Below are positions 39,781 through 52,170 of a stretch of DNA of 64,000 nucleotides, piece after piece. The first letter of the stretch is position 1. Each line of letters starts with the position of its first letter. The notes under the pieces were generated by a model. The model made no database searches. It was not told the DNA's origin and saw nothing but the letters and a program-made list of their open reading frames with translations. Source of the DNA: Escherichia coli (lineage in GTDB: Bacteria; Pseudomonadota; Gammaproteobacteria; Enterobacterales; Enterobacteriaceae); assembly GCF_030013595.1 (NCBI RefSeq), contig NZ_CP122768.1; one strand, written 5' to 3'. The position numbers and the translations under genes are program-made.

Positions 39781-40314
39781 ATGCGCCTGCTCCCTCTCGT
39801 TGCCGCAGCGACAGCTGCATTTCTGGTCGTTGCCTGCAGTTCTCCTACGCCGCCCCGTGGCGTGACCGTAGTGAATAATTTCGATGCTAAACGCTATCTC
39901 GGTACCTGGTATGAGATTGCCCGTTTTGATCACCGCTTTGAACGTGGACTGGAAAAAGTCACCGCAACATACAGCCTGAGGGATGATGGCGGCCTGAATG
40001 TCATTAATAAAGGCTATAACCCTGACAGAGAAATGTGGCAGCAGAGTGAAGGGAAAGCGTACTTTACCGGCGCACCAACTCGCGCTGCGCTGAAAGTGTC
40101 ATTCTTTGGTCCTTTCTATGGCGGTTATAACGTTATTGCACTCGATCGGGAATACCGCCATGCGCTGGTTTGCGGCCCGGACCGCGACTACCTGTGGATA
40201 CTCTCCCGCACGCCAACCATTTCTGACGAAGTGAAACAGGAGATGCTGGCAGTCGCGACCCGGGAAGGGTTTGATGTCAGTAAGTTTATTTGGGTACAAC
40301 AGCCCGGTAGTTAG
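39781..40314 (+). CDS. blc: Outer-membrane lipocalin Blc, 177 aa
   Basis: Intact ORF; lipobox VVACS; lipocalin GTWYEIA motif. Confidence 0.9.
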   Translation: MRLLPLVAAATAAFLVVACSSPTPPRGVTVVNNFDAKRYLGTWYEIARFDHRFERGLEKVTATYSLRDDGGLNVINKGYNPDREMWQQSEGKAYFTGAPTRAALKVSFFGPFYGGYNVIALDREYRHALVCGPDRDYLWILSRTPTISDEVKQEMLAVATREGFDVSKFIWVQQPGS

Positions 40315-40628
40315 TGAGTGCTGAGTTTCAGACCAATAATCCCCAATACGATTAACGCCAGACTCGCCAGGCGCATCGGGTTAGCGGACTCGCCGAGCAG
40401 CACAATGCCGGTGATGGCCGCGCCGACTGCGCCAATACCCGTCCACACGGCATAAGCCGTCCCTACTGGTAACGATTTCATCGCCCAGGCAAGTAGCGCC
40501 ATACTGACAATCATCGCCGTCACGGTAATAACACTTGGCGTCAAACGACTAAAGCCGTGGGTATATTTCAGGCCAACGGCCCATACCACTTCCAGCAGAC
40601 CAGCAATAACTAAGATAATCCAGGACAT
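40311..40628 (-). CDS. gdx: SMR-family guanidinium exporter Gdx (SugE), 105 aa
   Basis: ORF 40311..40691 trimmed to ATG at 40628 ([22 protein letters not shown]...); four-TM SMR protein. Confidence 0.9.
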   Translation of the reverse strand: MSWIILVIAGLLEVVWAVGLKYTHGFSRLTPSVITVTAMIVSMALLAWAMKSLPVGTAYAVWTGIGAVGAAITGIVLLGESANPMRLASLALIVLGIIGLKLSTH

Positions 40629-40644
40629 ATCAGGCTCCGGAGAA

Positions 40645-40691
40645 TTGGGGCCGTCCCCGGTGAAAAGAGGCGTTTGCAGGTCGTCCTGCAA
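40645..40691 (-). ncRNA. Guanidine-II riboswitch (mini-ykkC motif) in the gdx 5' leader
   Basis: Minus strand reads two GC-stem hairpins with ACGR loops, gcagg-ACGA-cctgc (40676-40689) and gggg-ACGG-cccc (40647-40658), joined by a 15-nt linker, about 20 nt upstream of the gdx ATG. Confidence 0.7.
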
Positions 40692-40802
40692 AGCTGATGG
40701 TTGAACGGATATTTTGCCAGGTGGCAGGGGAATTTCAACTATTACCTTTGTGACTATCGCAAAAAAACAAACGGCACGACATAACTGTCGTACCGTTATT
40801 GC

Positions 40803-40949
40803 TTACTGCTGCGCTTTCGTTGCTGCGCCAGAAATCGCGTTACCGCCATCAGAAATGTCTTCACCAACGCCACGCGTGGTGTTGCAGGCAGTTAATACTG
40901 TTGAAAGCACCAGAACAGAAAAGATCGCTGCAATTGTCTTCTTCACCAT
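40803..40949 (-). CDS. ecnB: Entericidin B small lipoprotein, 48 aa (below the ORF-track length cutoff)
   Basis: Hand translation of the minus strand: [48 protein letters not shown]; lipobox LTAC. Confidence 0.85.
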
Positions 40950-41059
40950 AACGTCTTCCTTTTAGGTAATGTTATTTATGTTTGCCTATAGCAAATTAAT
41001 AATAGACAACATCACCAAAAATGATGGAAATCTGATGATTTTTCGGAAGAGAAGAAAAA

Positions 41060-41185
41060 TTAGCTGGCAGCGCGGGAGATGGAATTACCGAGATGTTTAA
41101 TGTCTTCACCAAAACCGCGAGCGGTGTTACAGCCCGTGAGCAGCGCACTGGCAAGCAAAACAAGAACGATAAGGCGTTTCATCAT
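41060..41185 (-). CDS. ecnA: Entericidin A small lipoprotein, 41 aa (below the ORF-track length cutoff)
   Basis: Hand translation of the minus strand: MMKRLIVLVLLASALLTGCNTARGFGEDIKHLGNSISRAAS*; lipobox LTGC; paralogue of ecnB. Confidence 0.85.
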   Translation of the reverse strand: MMKRLIVLVLLASALLTGCNTARGFGEDIKHLGNSISRAAS

Positions 41186-41236
41186 CTCTGACCTGAATAA
41201 GTGATGGTGCAGCCTGCAGGCCGCACCACAACCGCA

Positions 41237-41803
41237 TTACTTCACGCGAGAGACGTATTCACCAGAGCGGGTATCCACTTTGATGACTTCGCCGATTTGT
41301 ACAAACAGCGGAACTTTAACCACAGCGCCAGTAGACAGGGTAGCCGGTTTGCCGCCAGTACCTGCGGTATCACCTTTCAGGCCCGGATCGGTATCCACGA
41401 TTTCCAGTTCAACGAAGTTCGGCGGAGTAACGGAGATCGGCTGACCATTCCACAGAGTTACGATACACTCTGCCTGATCCAGCAGCCATTTCGCGTTGTC
41501 GCCAATTGCTTTTGCATCAGCAGACAGCTGCTCGAAAGTTTCGTTGTTCATGAAGTGCCAGAACTCACCGTCGTTGTACAGGTAAGTCAGGTTCATATCG
41601 ACAACATCAGCGCCTTCAGCGGAATCAGTAGATTTGAAGGTTTTTTCTACACGAGTACCGGTCAGCAGACGACGCAGTTTAACGCGAGCAAATGCCTGGC
41701 CTTTACCCGGTTTTACGAATTCACTCGCTTCAACCGCGTAAGGTTCGCCGTCTAACATGATTTTAAGACCAGCACGAAAATCGTTGCTATAGTACGTTGC
41801 CAT
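41237..41803 (-). CDS. efp: Translation elongation factor P, 188 aa
   Basis: Intact ORF ([49 protein letters not shown]...) with the modified-Lys loop KPGKG. Confidence 0.97.
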
Positions 41804-41844
41804 AAGGCCCTCTGAAATTTGTTAATTGGTAGCTAAGCCACAAA

Positions 41845-42873
41845 ATGGCGCATATTGTAACCCTAAATACCCCATCCAGAGAAGATTGGTTAACGCAACT
41901 TGCCGATGTTGTGACCGATCCTGATGAACTTCTGCGTCTTTTGAATATAGACGCGGACGAAAAACTGTTGGCCGGACGCAGCGCCAAAAAGCTTTTTGCC
42001 CTGCGTGTGCCCCGCTCATTTATCGATCGCATGGAGAAAGGCAATCCGGACGATCCTCTTTTGCGTCAGGTACTTACCTCGCAAGATGAGTTTGTCGTCG
42101 CGCCCGGATTCTCCACCGACCCACTGGAAGAACAGCACAGCGTAGTGCCTGGTTTGTTGCATAAATACCACAACCGGGCGCTTTTGCTGGTCAAAGGCGG
42201 CTGCGCGGTAAATTGCCGCTATTGCTTCCGTCGCCACTTCCCCTATGCCGAAAATCAGGGCAACAAGCGTAACTGGCAAACTGCACTTGAGTATGTTGCT
42301 GCGCATCCGGAACTGGACGAGATGATTTTCTCCGGCGGCGATCCGCTGATGGCGAAAGATCACGAGCTGGACTGGTTGCTCACACAACTGGAAGCCATCC
42401 CGCATATCAAACGTCTGCGGATTCACAGCCGTCTGCCGATTGTGATCCCGGCACGCATCACAGATGCGCTGGTTGAACGCTTTTCACATTCTACGCTGCA
42501 AATCTTGCTGGTGAATCACATCAACCATGCCAATGAGATAGATGAAACATTCCGTCAGGCGATGGCTAAGTTGCGCCGGGTCGGCGTTACTTTGCTCAAC
42601 CAGAGCGTTCTGTTACGTGGCGTGAACGATAACGCGCAAACGCTGGCAAACCTGAGTAATGCGTTGTTCGATGCCGGCGTGATGCCGTATTACCTGCATG
42701 TGCTCGATAAAGTACAGGGCGCGGCGCATTTTATGGTGAGTGATGACGAAGCACGGCAGATTATGCGTGAGTTGCTGACACTGGTGTCGGGATATCTGGT
42801 GCCTAAACTGGCGCGAGAAATTGGCGGCGAACCCAGCAAAACGCCGCTGGATCTCCAGCTACGCCAGCAGTAA
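41845..42873 (+). CDS. epmB: EF-P lysine 2,3-aminomutase EpmB (YjeK; radical SAM), 342 aa
   Basis: Intact ORF; radical-SAM CxxxCxxC (CAVNCRYCFRRHF); divergent from efp. Confidence 0.95.
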   Translation: MAHIVTLNTPSREDWLTQLADVVTDPDELLRLLNIDADEKLLAGRSAKKLFALRVPRSFIDRMEKGNPDDPLLRQVLTSQDEFVVAPGFSTDPLEEQHSVVPGLLHKYHNRALLLVKGGCAVNCRYCFRRHFPYAENQGNKRNWQTALEYVAAHPELDEMIFSGGDPLMAKDHELDWLLTQLEAIPHIKRLRIHSRLPIVIPARITDALVERFSHSTLQILLVNHINHANEIDETFRQAMAKLRRVGVTLLNQSVLLRGVNDNAQTLANLSNALFDAGVMPYYLHVLDKVQGAAHFMVSDDEARQIMRELLTLVSGYLVPKLAREIGGEPSKTPLDLQLRQQ

Positions 42874-43107
42874 CTGATTAAACAGGGAAGTTTAATCTTT
42901 GCACGTTGCATAACCTTTAATTATTCATATACATTGCTGTTATTACTTTTTATATAACCAACACCAATAATTAACCTTTCTTTTCTGTTTATATAGAGTG
43001 AGCACGGCTATTTATGTTATTTTAACAACTATTACTACCAAGCCCATTTATCTGGCTTATAAATTAAAATTAATTATTTAATTGAGAAATGGTTAGGGAG
43101 AACCTAC

Positions 43108-43977
43108 ATGGCCATAAGCATCAAGGGTGTTAATACCGGTGTTATTCGCAAGAGCAATAATTTCATTGCACTGGCGCTGAAAATTAAAGAGCCTCGCAAT
43201 AAAGAATCGTTGTTCTTTCTGTCTGTCATGGAACTGCGCGACCTTCTGATTGCGCTGGAAAGCCGTCTGCATCAAAAGCATAAACTGGATGCTGCTGCAC
43301 GCCTTCAGTATGAGCAAGCTCGCGATAAAGTCATTAAGAAAATGGCAGAAAACATCCCAGAAATTCTGGTTGATGAGCTTAAAAATGCCGATATTAATCG
43401 TCGGGTTAACACGCTGGAACTTACCGATAATCAAGGCGAAAATCTTACCTTCGTATTAACGCTACATGACGGTAGCAAATATGAGTTAGTCGTCAATGAG
43501 TTGCAGATTGAAATGCTGGCGCGAGCAATCATTCATGCAATTAATAATGCGGAAATGCGTGAACTGGCATTACGTATTACCTCACTGTTAGATTTCCTGC
43601 CGTTATATGACGTTGACTGCCAGGAAAATGGCAATCTGGAATATGACACCTATTCCCAACCGGAATGGAAACATAACTTGTTCGACCATTATCTGGCGGT
43701 GCTTTACCGCTTTAAAGATGAAAGTGGCAAAGAACAATTTAGCGGCGCAGTGGTGAAAACGCGTGAAGCAACGCCGGGTAAAGAAATAGAGGCGATCACT
43801 CGCCGAATGCTTGATTTCAGCCCACGACTGAAAAAACTCGCGGGTGTACCATGTCAGGTCTATGTTCGCACCGTAGCGGCAAATAACGCCCAACCGCTAA
43901 CCCAGGATCAATGCTTACGCGCGCTGCATCACTTACGTGTTCAATCCACCAGCAAAACTGCACCACAGGCGAAATAA
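43108..43977 (+). CDS. yjeJ: Uncharacterised protein YjeJ, 289 aa
   Basis: Intact ORF; gene and its 234-bp upstream region are visibly AT-rich compared with neighbours. Confidence 0.75.
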   Translation: MAISIKGVNTGVIRKSNNFIALALKIKEPRNKESLFFLSVMELRDLLIALESRLHQKHKLDAAARLQYEQARDKVIKKMAENIPEILVDELKNADINRRVNTLELTDNQGENLTFVLTLHDGSKYELVVNELQIEMLARAIIHAINNAEMRELALRITSLLDFLPLYDVDCQENGNLEYDTYSQPEWKHNLFDHYLAVLYRFKDESGKEQFSGAVVKTREATPGKEIEAITRRMLDFSPRLKKLAGVPCQVYVRTVAANNAQPLTQDQCLRALHHLRVQSTSKTAPQAK

Positions 43978-44026
43978 TCCCATCTGTTTTACTACGAGGC
44001 TGGAAGTATCCAGCCTCTGGATCCCA

Positions 44027-44380
44027 TCAGTTCGGGCACTTATATACCTGGCCGATAATCTGGCTATCCGTCGGGACAAAACTGGACAACATCCCCTGCG
44101 ACGGGCTGCTGATGCCATAAATCACGTTACCGCCCATTGCAGCCGCCTGGTTGCGCAGATCGTTTGCTGCGCCGCGCATAGAACCGCCCTCTTCACCGTG
44201 TTGCCCGGAAAGCCAGTTGCTTTGCTTACCTGTCGCAGTACCAATCAGCTGGCACTCTGCGCCTGGCTGCTCGTCCACAATGCGTACACTCTGACCGGCA
44301 GCACTCAATTCGTTGCTGGAGCTACAACCCGCCATCAGTAGCGCGGCACCGACAATCCCTGCTAAGTATTTTACGTGCAT
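44027..44380 (-). CDS. yjeI: Putative lipoprotein YjeI, 117 aa
   Basis: ORF 44027..44413 trimmed to ATG at 44380 (MHVKYLAGIVGAALLMAGCSSS...); lipobox MAGC. Confidence 0.8.
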   Translation of the reverse strand: MHVKYLAGIVGAALLMAGCSSSNELSAAGQSVRIVDEQPGAECQLIGTATGKQSNWLSGQHGEEGGSMRGAANDLRNQAAAMGGNVIYGISSPSQGMLSSFVPTDSQIIGQVYKCPN

Positions 44381-44461
44381 GTTATTCCCCATAATCAATG
44401 AGCTGGACGCCACTCGCGTCGTCCGTGTCTGAATCTTATACTAGAAAGATGACCAAAAGAA

Positions 44462-44490
44462 AAACCCCCAGACATTTCTGCCCGGGGGTT
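44462..44490 (-). terminator. Putative terminator downstream of groL
   Basis: GC hairpin (ccccc...ggggg) flanked by T-runs, immediately after the groL stop. Confidence 0.45.
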
Positions 44491-44517
44491 TGTTTATTTC
44501 TGCGAGGTGCAGGGCAA

Positions 44518-46176
<1,659 letters not shown>

Positions 46177-46207
46177 TTAAATTCGTATGTTCAGTGTCGT
46201 GCGCGGA

Positions 46208-46552
<345 letters not shown>

Positions 46553-46579
46553 TTACGTGGTTTCCCGGCTGGTGACCAG

Positions 46580-46614
46580 AGAAATGGGGATGAGGCTTCG
46601 CCCCTTCAAGGGGG
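46580..46614 (-). promoter_or_regulatory. Sigma-32 (heat-shock) promoter of groSL
   Basis: Minus strand reads CCCCCTTGAA (-35) ... CCCCATTTCT (-10), matching the sigma-32 consensus, about 80-110 nt upstream of groS. Confidence 0.7.
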
Positions 46615-46775
46615 AAAAAGAAAAAAATTCTGATCAGCACAAAATCGGGTGAAAACCCTGATTCACCTCACATTTCATCGCAATTTCTTCATCACCGTCA
46701 TAAGCGAATCTGATTGTGCTACCATCGAAAATCTACGCAGTTGCCCATAATTTGGGCGCAATCGGACATCAACCC

Positions 46776-48032
46776 ATGAGTGGACTCAAACAAGAACTGG
46801 GACTGGCCCAGGGCATTGGCCTGCTATCGACGTCATTATTAGGCACTGGCGTGTTTGCCGTTCCTGCGTTAGCTGCGCTGGTAGCGGGCAATAACAGCCT
46901 GTGGGCGTGGCCCGTTTTGATTATCTTAGTGTTCCCGATTGCGATTGTGTTTGCGATTCTGGGTCGCCACTATCCCAGCGCAGGCGGCGTCGCGCACTTC
47001 GTCGGTATGGCGTTTGGTTCGCGGCTTGAGCGAGTCACCGGCTGGCTGTTTTTATCAGTCATTCCCGTGGGTTTGCCTGCCGCACTACAAATTGCAGCCG
47101 GATTCGGCCAGGCAATGTTTGGCTGGCATAGCTGGCAACTGTTGTTGGCAGAACTCGGTACGCTGGCGCTGGTGTGGTATATCGGTACTCGCGGTGCTAG
47201 TTCCAGTGCTAATCTACAAACAGTTATTGCCGGACTTATCGTCGCGCTGATTGTCGCTATCTGGTGGGCGGGCGATATCAAACCTGCGAATATCCCCTTC
47301 CCTGCACCTGGTAATATCGAACTTACCGGGTTATTTGCTGCGTTATCAGTGATGTTCTGGTGCTTTGTCGGTCTGGAGGCATTTGCCCATCTTGCCTCGG
47401 AATTTAAAAATCCAGAGCGTGATTTTCCTCGTGCTTTGATGATTGGTCTGCTGCTGGCAGGATTAGTCTACTGGGGCTGTACGGTAGTCGTCTTACACTT
47501 CGACGCCTATGGTGAACAAATGGCCGCGGCAGCATCGCTTCCAAAAATTGTAGTGCAGTTGTTCGGTGTAGGAGCGTTATGGATTGCCTGCGTGATTGGC
47601 TATCTGGCCTGCTTTGCCAGTCTCAACATTTATATACAGAGCTTCGCCCGCCTGGTCTGGTCGCAGGCGCAACATAATCCTGACCACTACCTGGCACGCC
47701 TCTCTTCTCGCCATATCCCGAATAATGCCCTCAATGCGGTGCTCGGCTGCTGCGTGGTGAGCACGCTGGTGATTCATGCTTTAGAGATCAATCTGGACGC
47801 TCTTATTATTTATGCCAATGGCATCTTTATTATGATTTATCTGTTATGCATGCTGGCAGGTTGTAAATTATTGCAAGGACGTTATCGACTACTGGCGGTG
47901 GTTGGCGGGCTGTTATGCGTTCTGTTACTGGCAATGATCGGCTGGAAAAGTCTCTATGCGCTGATCATGCTGGCGGGGTTATGGCTGTTTCTGCCAAAAC
48001 GAAAAACGCCGGAAAATGGCATAACCACATAA
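46776..48032 (+). CDS. yjeH: APC-family inner-membrane transporter YjeH, 418 aa
   Basis: ORF 46716..48032 trimmed to ATG at 46776 (MSGLKQELGLAQGIGLLSTSLLGTGVF...). Confidence 0.85.
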   Translation: MSGLKQELGLAQGIGLLSTSLLGTGVFAVPALAALVAGNNSLWAWPVLIILVFPIAIVFAILGRHYPSAGGVAHFVGMAFGSRLERVTGWLFLSVIPVGLPAALQIAAGFGQAMFGWHSWQLLLAELGTLALVWYIGTRGASSSANLQTVIAGLIVALIVAIWWAGDIKPANIPFPAPGNIELTGLFAALSVMFWCFVGLEAFAHLASEFKNPERDFPRALMIGLLLAGLVYWGCTVVVLHFDAYGEQMAAAASLPKIVVQLFGVGALWIACVIGYLACFASLNIYIQSFARLVWSQAQHNPDHYLARLSSRHIPNNALNAVLGCCVVSTLVIHALEINLDALIIYANGIFIMIYLLCMLAGCKLLQGRYRLLAVVGGLLCVLLLAMIGWKSLYALIMLAGLWLFLPKRKTPENGITT

Positions 48033-48047
48033 TCCGGCGTTTCGACA

Positions 48048-48524
48048 TTAATCCTGGCGATCGTCTTTATGATCAAGGCGGTCGCGGTCATCATCCTTTC
48101 GCTGGTACTCACCATCAAAAGTATTACCGCCACCGGTCCCGGCGCTAAAACCGCCGCCTGGCATGCGAGAAAAGCGCAAATGCGGCATCAACTTCACTGT
48201 CAGATGCTTTTGCACCGGCGGCAATAAAAGCAGAAGACCGAGGAAGTCGGTGAAAAAGCCCGGTAATAAAAGCAGCAAACCGGCAATGATCAGCGAAACA
48301 CTTTTAATCATCTCCGCCGCTGGGTTTTCACCCGCCGCCATTTTTTGCTGCATCAGCACGAAATTCTTAAAGCCCTGGTTGCGTACCAGTGACATACCGA
48401 TAACTGACGTGAATATAACCAGCACGAGGGTCAGCAATACCCCCAATACATGGGCAACCTGAATAAAGATTGAAATCTCAATATAGACATAAAGGAAAAT
48501 GGCAATAAAAGGTAACCAGCGCAA
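48048..48524 (-). CDS. fxsA: Inner-membrane protein FxsA, 158 aa
   Basis: Intact ORF; hydrophobic N-terminal half, acidic C-terminus. Confidence 0.85.
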   Translation of the reverse strand: MRWLPFIAIFLYVYIEISIFIQVAHVLGVLLTLVLVIFTSVIGMSLVRNQGFKNFVLMQQKMAAGENPAAEMIKSVSLIIAGLLLLLPGFFTDFLGLLLLLPPVQKHLTVKLMPHLRFSRMPGGGFSAGTGGGNTFDGEYQRKDDDRDRLDHKDDRQD

Positions 48525-48659
48525 GGGTTTCTCCTGTAATAGCAGCCGGTTAACCCCGGCTACCTGAATGGGTTGCGAATCGCGTTTAGCTTATATTGTG
48601 GTCATTAGCAAAATTTCAAGATGTTTGCGCAACTATTTTTGGTAGTAATCCCAAAGCGG

Positions 48660-48673
48660 TGATCTATTTCACA
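48660..48673 (+). promoter_or_regulatory. Putative CRP/FNR-type site in the aspA promoter region
   Basis: TGATCtatttCACA palindrome-like motif about 190 bp upstream of the aspA ATG. Confidence 0.35.
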
Positions 48674-48860
48674 AATTAATAATTAAGGGGTAAAAACCGA
48701 CACTTAAAGTGATCCAGATTACGGTAGAAATCCTCAAGCAGCATATGATCTCGGGTATTCGGTCGATGCAGGGGATAATCGTCGGTCGAAAAACATTCGA
48801 AACCACATATATTCTGTGTGTTTAAAGCAAATCATTGGCAGCTTGAAAAAGAAGGTTCAC

Positions 48861-50297
48861 ATGTCAAACAACATTCGTATCGAAGAAGATCTGTTGGGTA
48901 CCAGGGAAGTTCCAGCTGATGCCTACTATGGTGTTCACACTCTGAGAGCGATTGAAAACTTCTATATCAGCAACAACAAAATCAGTGATATTCCTGAATT
49001 TGTTCGCGGTATGGTAATGGTTAAAAAAGCCGCAGCTATGGCAAACAAAGAGCTGCAAACCATTCCTAAAAGTGTAGCGAATGCCATCATTGCCGCATGT
49101 GATGAAGTCCTGAACAACGGAAAATGCATGGATCAGTTCCCGGTAGACGTCTACCAGGGCGGCGCAGGTACTTCCGTAAACATGAACACCAACGAAGTGC
49201 TGGCCAATATCGGTCTGGAACTGATGGGTCACCAGAAAGGTGAATATCAGTACCTGAACCCGAACGACCATGTTAACAAATGTCAGTCCACTAACGACGC
49301 CTACCCGACCGGTTTCCGTATCGCAGTTTACTCTTCCCTGATTAAGCTGGTAGATGCGATTAACCAACTGCGTGAAGGCTTTGAACGTAAAGCTGTCGAA
49401 TTCCAGGACATCCTGAAAATGGGTCGTACCCAGCTGCAGGACGCAGTACCGATGACCCTCGGTCAGGAATTCCGCGCTTTCAGCATCCTGCTGAAAGAAG
49501 AAGTGAAAAATATCCAACGTACCGCTGAACTGCTGCTGGAAGTTAACCTTGGCGCAACAGCAATCGGTACTGGTCTGAACACGCCGAAAGAGTACTCTCC
49601 GCTGGCAGTGAAAAAACTGGCTGAAGTCACTGGCTTCCCATGCGTACCGGCTGAAGACCTGATCGAAGCGACCTCTGACTGCGGCGCTTATGTTATGGTT
49701 CACGGCGCGTTGAAACGCCTGGCTGTGAAGATGTCCAAAATCTGTAACGACCTGCGCTTGCTCTCTTCTGGTCCACGTGCCGGCCTGAACGAGATCAACC
49801 TGCCGGAACTGCAGGCGGGCTCTTCCATCATGCCAGCTAAAGTAAACCCGGTTGTTCCGGAAGTGGTTAACCAGGTATGCTTCAAAGTCATCGGTAACGA
49901 CACCACTGTTACCATGGCAGCAGAAGCAGGTCAGCTGCAGTTGAACGTTATGGAGCCGGTCATTGGCCAGGCTATGTTCGAATCCGTTCACATTCTGACC
50001 AACGCTTGCTACAACCTGCTGGAAAAATGCATTAACGGCATCACTGCTAACAAAGAAGTGTGCGAAGGTTACGTTTACAACTCTATCGGTATCGTTACTT
50101 ACCTGAACCCGTTCATCGGTCACCACAACGGTGACATCGTGGGTAAAATCTGTGCCGAAACCGGTAAGAGTGTACGTGAAGTCGTTCTGGAACGCGGTCT
50201 GTTGACTGAAGCGGAACTTGACGATATTTTCTCCGTACAGAATCTGATGCACCCGGCTTACAAAGCAAAACGCTATACTGATGAAAGCGAACAGTAA
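48861..50297 (+). CDS. aspA: Aspartate ammonia-lyase AspA, 478 aa
   Basis: ORF 48816..50297 trimmed to ATG at 48861 ([30 protein letters not shown]...); fumarase/aspartase [10 protein letters not shown] signature. Confidence 0.97.
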
Positions 50298-50322
50298 TCG
50301 TACAGGGTAGTACAAATAGAGA

Positions 50323-50349
50323 AGGCACGTCAGATGACGTGCCTTTTTT
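50323..50349 (+). terminator. Rho-independent terminator after aspA
   Basis: aggcacgtc / gacgtgcct stem followed by TTTTT. Confidence 0.6.
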
Positions 50350-50414
50350 CTTGTGAGCAGTAACTTAAAAATAACAATCTAATATCAACTTGTTAAAAAA
50401 CAAGGAAGGCTAAT

Positions 50415-51716
50415 ATGCTAGTTGTAGAACTCATCATAGTTTTGCTGGCGATCTTCTTGGGCGCCAGATTGGGGGGAATAGGTATTGGTTTTGCAGGCGG
50501 ATTGGGGGTGCTGGTTCTTGCCGCTATTGGCGTTAAACCCGGTAACATCCCGTTCGATGTCATTTCCATTATCATGGCGGTTATCGCCGCTATTTCTGCC
50601 ATGCAGGTTGCTGGCGGTCTGGACTATCTGGTTCATCAGACAGAAAAGCTGCTGCGCCGTAACCCGAAATACATCACGATCCTCGCACCGATCGTGACCT
50701 ATTTCCTGACAATCTTTGCTGGTACTGGCAACATCTCTCTGGCGACACTGCCAGTTATCGCTGAAGTTGCGAAGGAACAAGGCGTTAAACCTTGCCGTCC
50801 GCTGTCTACTGCAGTGGTATCCGCGCAGATTGCGATCACCGCATCGCCAATCTCAGCGGCAGTGGTTTACATGTCTTCCGTAATGGAAGGTCATGGCATC
50901 AGCTACCTCCATCTGCTCTCCGTGGTCATCCCGTCCACCCTGCTGGCGGTTCTGGTGATGTCCTTCCTGGTCACTATGCTGTTCAACTCCAAACTCTCTG
51001 ACGATCCGATTTATCGCAAGCGTCTGGAAGAGGGCCTGGTTGAACTGCGCGGTGAAAAGCAGATTGAAATCAAATCCGGTGCAAAAACGTCCGTCTGGCT
51101 GTTCCTGCTGGGCGTAGTTGGCGTGGTTATCTATGCAATCATCAACAGCCCAAGCATGGGTCTGGTTGAAAAACCGCTGATGAACACCACCAACGCAATC
51201 CTGATCATTATGCTCAGCGTTGCAACTCTGACCACCGTTATCTGTAAAGTCGATACCGACAACATCCTCAACTCCAGCACCTTCAAAGCAGGTATGAGCG
51301 CCTGTATTTGTATCCTGGGTGTTGCGTGGCTGGGCGATACTTTCGTTTCCAACAACATCGACTGGATCAAAGATACCGCTGGTGAAGTGATTCAGGGTCA
51401 TCCGTGGCTGCTGGCCGTCATCTTCTTCTTTGCTTCTGCTCTGCTGTACTCTCAGGCTGCAACCGCAAAAGCACTGATGCCGATGGCTCTGGCACTGAAC
51501 GTTTCTCCGCTGACCGCTGTTGCTTCTTTCGCTGCGGTGTCAGGTCTGTTCATTCTGCCGACCTACCCGACGCTGGTTGCTGCGGTACAGATGGATGACA
51601 CGGGTACTACCCGTATCGGTAAATTCGTCTTCAACCATCCGTTCTTCATCCCGGGTACTCTGGGTGTTGCCCTGGCCGTTTGCTTCGGCTTCGTGCTGGG
51701 TAGCTTCATGCTGTAA
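50415..51716 (+). CDS. dcuA: Anaerobic C4-dicarboxylate antiporter DcuA, 433 aa
   Basis: Intact polytopic membrane ORF (MLVVELIIVLLAIFLGARLGGIGIGF...) downstream of aspA. Confidence 0.95.
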   Translation: MLVVELIIVLLAIFLGARLGGIGIGFAGGLGVLVLAAIGVKPGNIPFDVISIIMAVIAAISAMQVAGGLDYLVHQTEKLLRRNPKYITILAPIVTYFLTIFAGTGNISLATLPVIAEVAKEQGVKPCRPLSTAVVSAQIAITASPISAAVVYMSSVMEGHGISYLHLLSVVIPSTLLAVLVMSFLVTMLFNSKLSDDPIYRKRLEEGLVELRGEKQIEIKSGAKTSVWLFLLGVVGVVIYAIINSPSMGLVEKPLMNTTNAILIIMLSVATLTTVICKVDTDNILNSSTFKAGMSACICILGVAWLGDTFVSNNIDWIKDTAGEVIQGHPWLLAVIFFFASALLYSQAATAKALMPMALALNVSPLTAVASFAAVSGLFILPTYPTLVAAVQMDDTGTTRIGKFVFNHPFFIPGTLGVALAVCFGFVLGSFML

Positions 51717-51725
51717 TGATCAATC

Positions 51726-51752
51726 GCGGGGCGTTCACGCCCCGCTTTCTTT
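51726..51752 (+). terminator. Rho-independent terminator after dcuA
   Basis: gcggggcg / cgccccgc stem followed by a T-rich tract. Confidence 0.6.
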
Positions 51753-51831
51753 CCCGCCGACTAACATCCTTCCCCCGTCCGTTGTATAGTGACCTCTCTC
51801 TTGCGGTTCCATCTGTTCTTGCGAGGTGTTT

Positions 51832-52170
51832 ATGCTTGATGAAAAAAGTTCGAATACCGCGTCTGTCGTGGTGCTATGTACCGCACCGGATGAAGCGACA
51901 GCCCAGGATTTAGCCGCCAAAGTGCTGGCGGAAAAACTGGCGGCCTGCGCGACCTTGATCCCCGGCGCAACCTCTCTTTATTACTGGGAAGGTAAGCTGG
52001 AGCAAGAATACGAAGTGCAGATGATTTTAAAAACTACCGTATCTCTCCAGCAGGCACTGCTGGAATGCCTGAAGTCTCATCATCCATATCAAACCCCGGA
52101 ACTTCTGGTTTTACCTGTTACACACGGAGACACAGATTACCTCTCATGGCTCAACGCATCTTTACGCTGA
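51832..52170 (+). CDS. cutA: Divalent-cation tolerance protein CutA, 112 aa
   Basis: ORF 51826..52170 trimmed to ATG at 51832 ([25 protein letters not shown]...); 3' end overlaps dsbD start. Confidence 0.9.
   Translation: MLDEKSSNTASVVVLCTAPDEATAQDLAAKVLAEKLAACATLIPGATSLYYWEGKLEQEYEVQMILKTTVSLQQALLECLKSHHPYQTPELLVLPVTHGDTDYLSWLNASLR

Noticed and set aside
48864-50315. 483-aa ORF on the minus strand
   Set aside because: Completely antisense to aspA (clear fumarase/aspartase family sequence); no independent start context.
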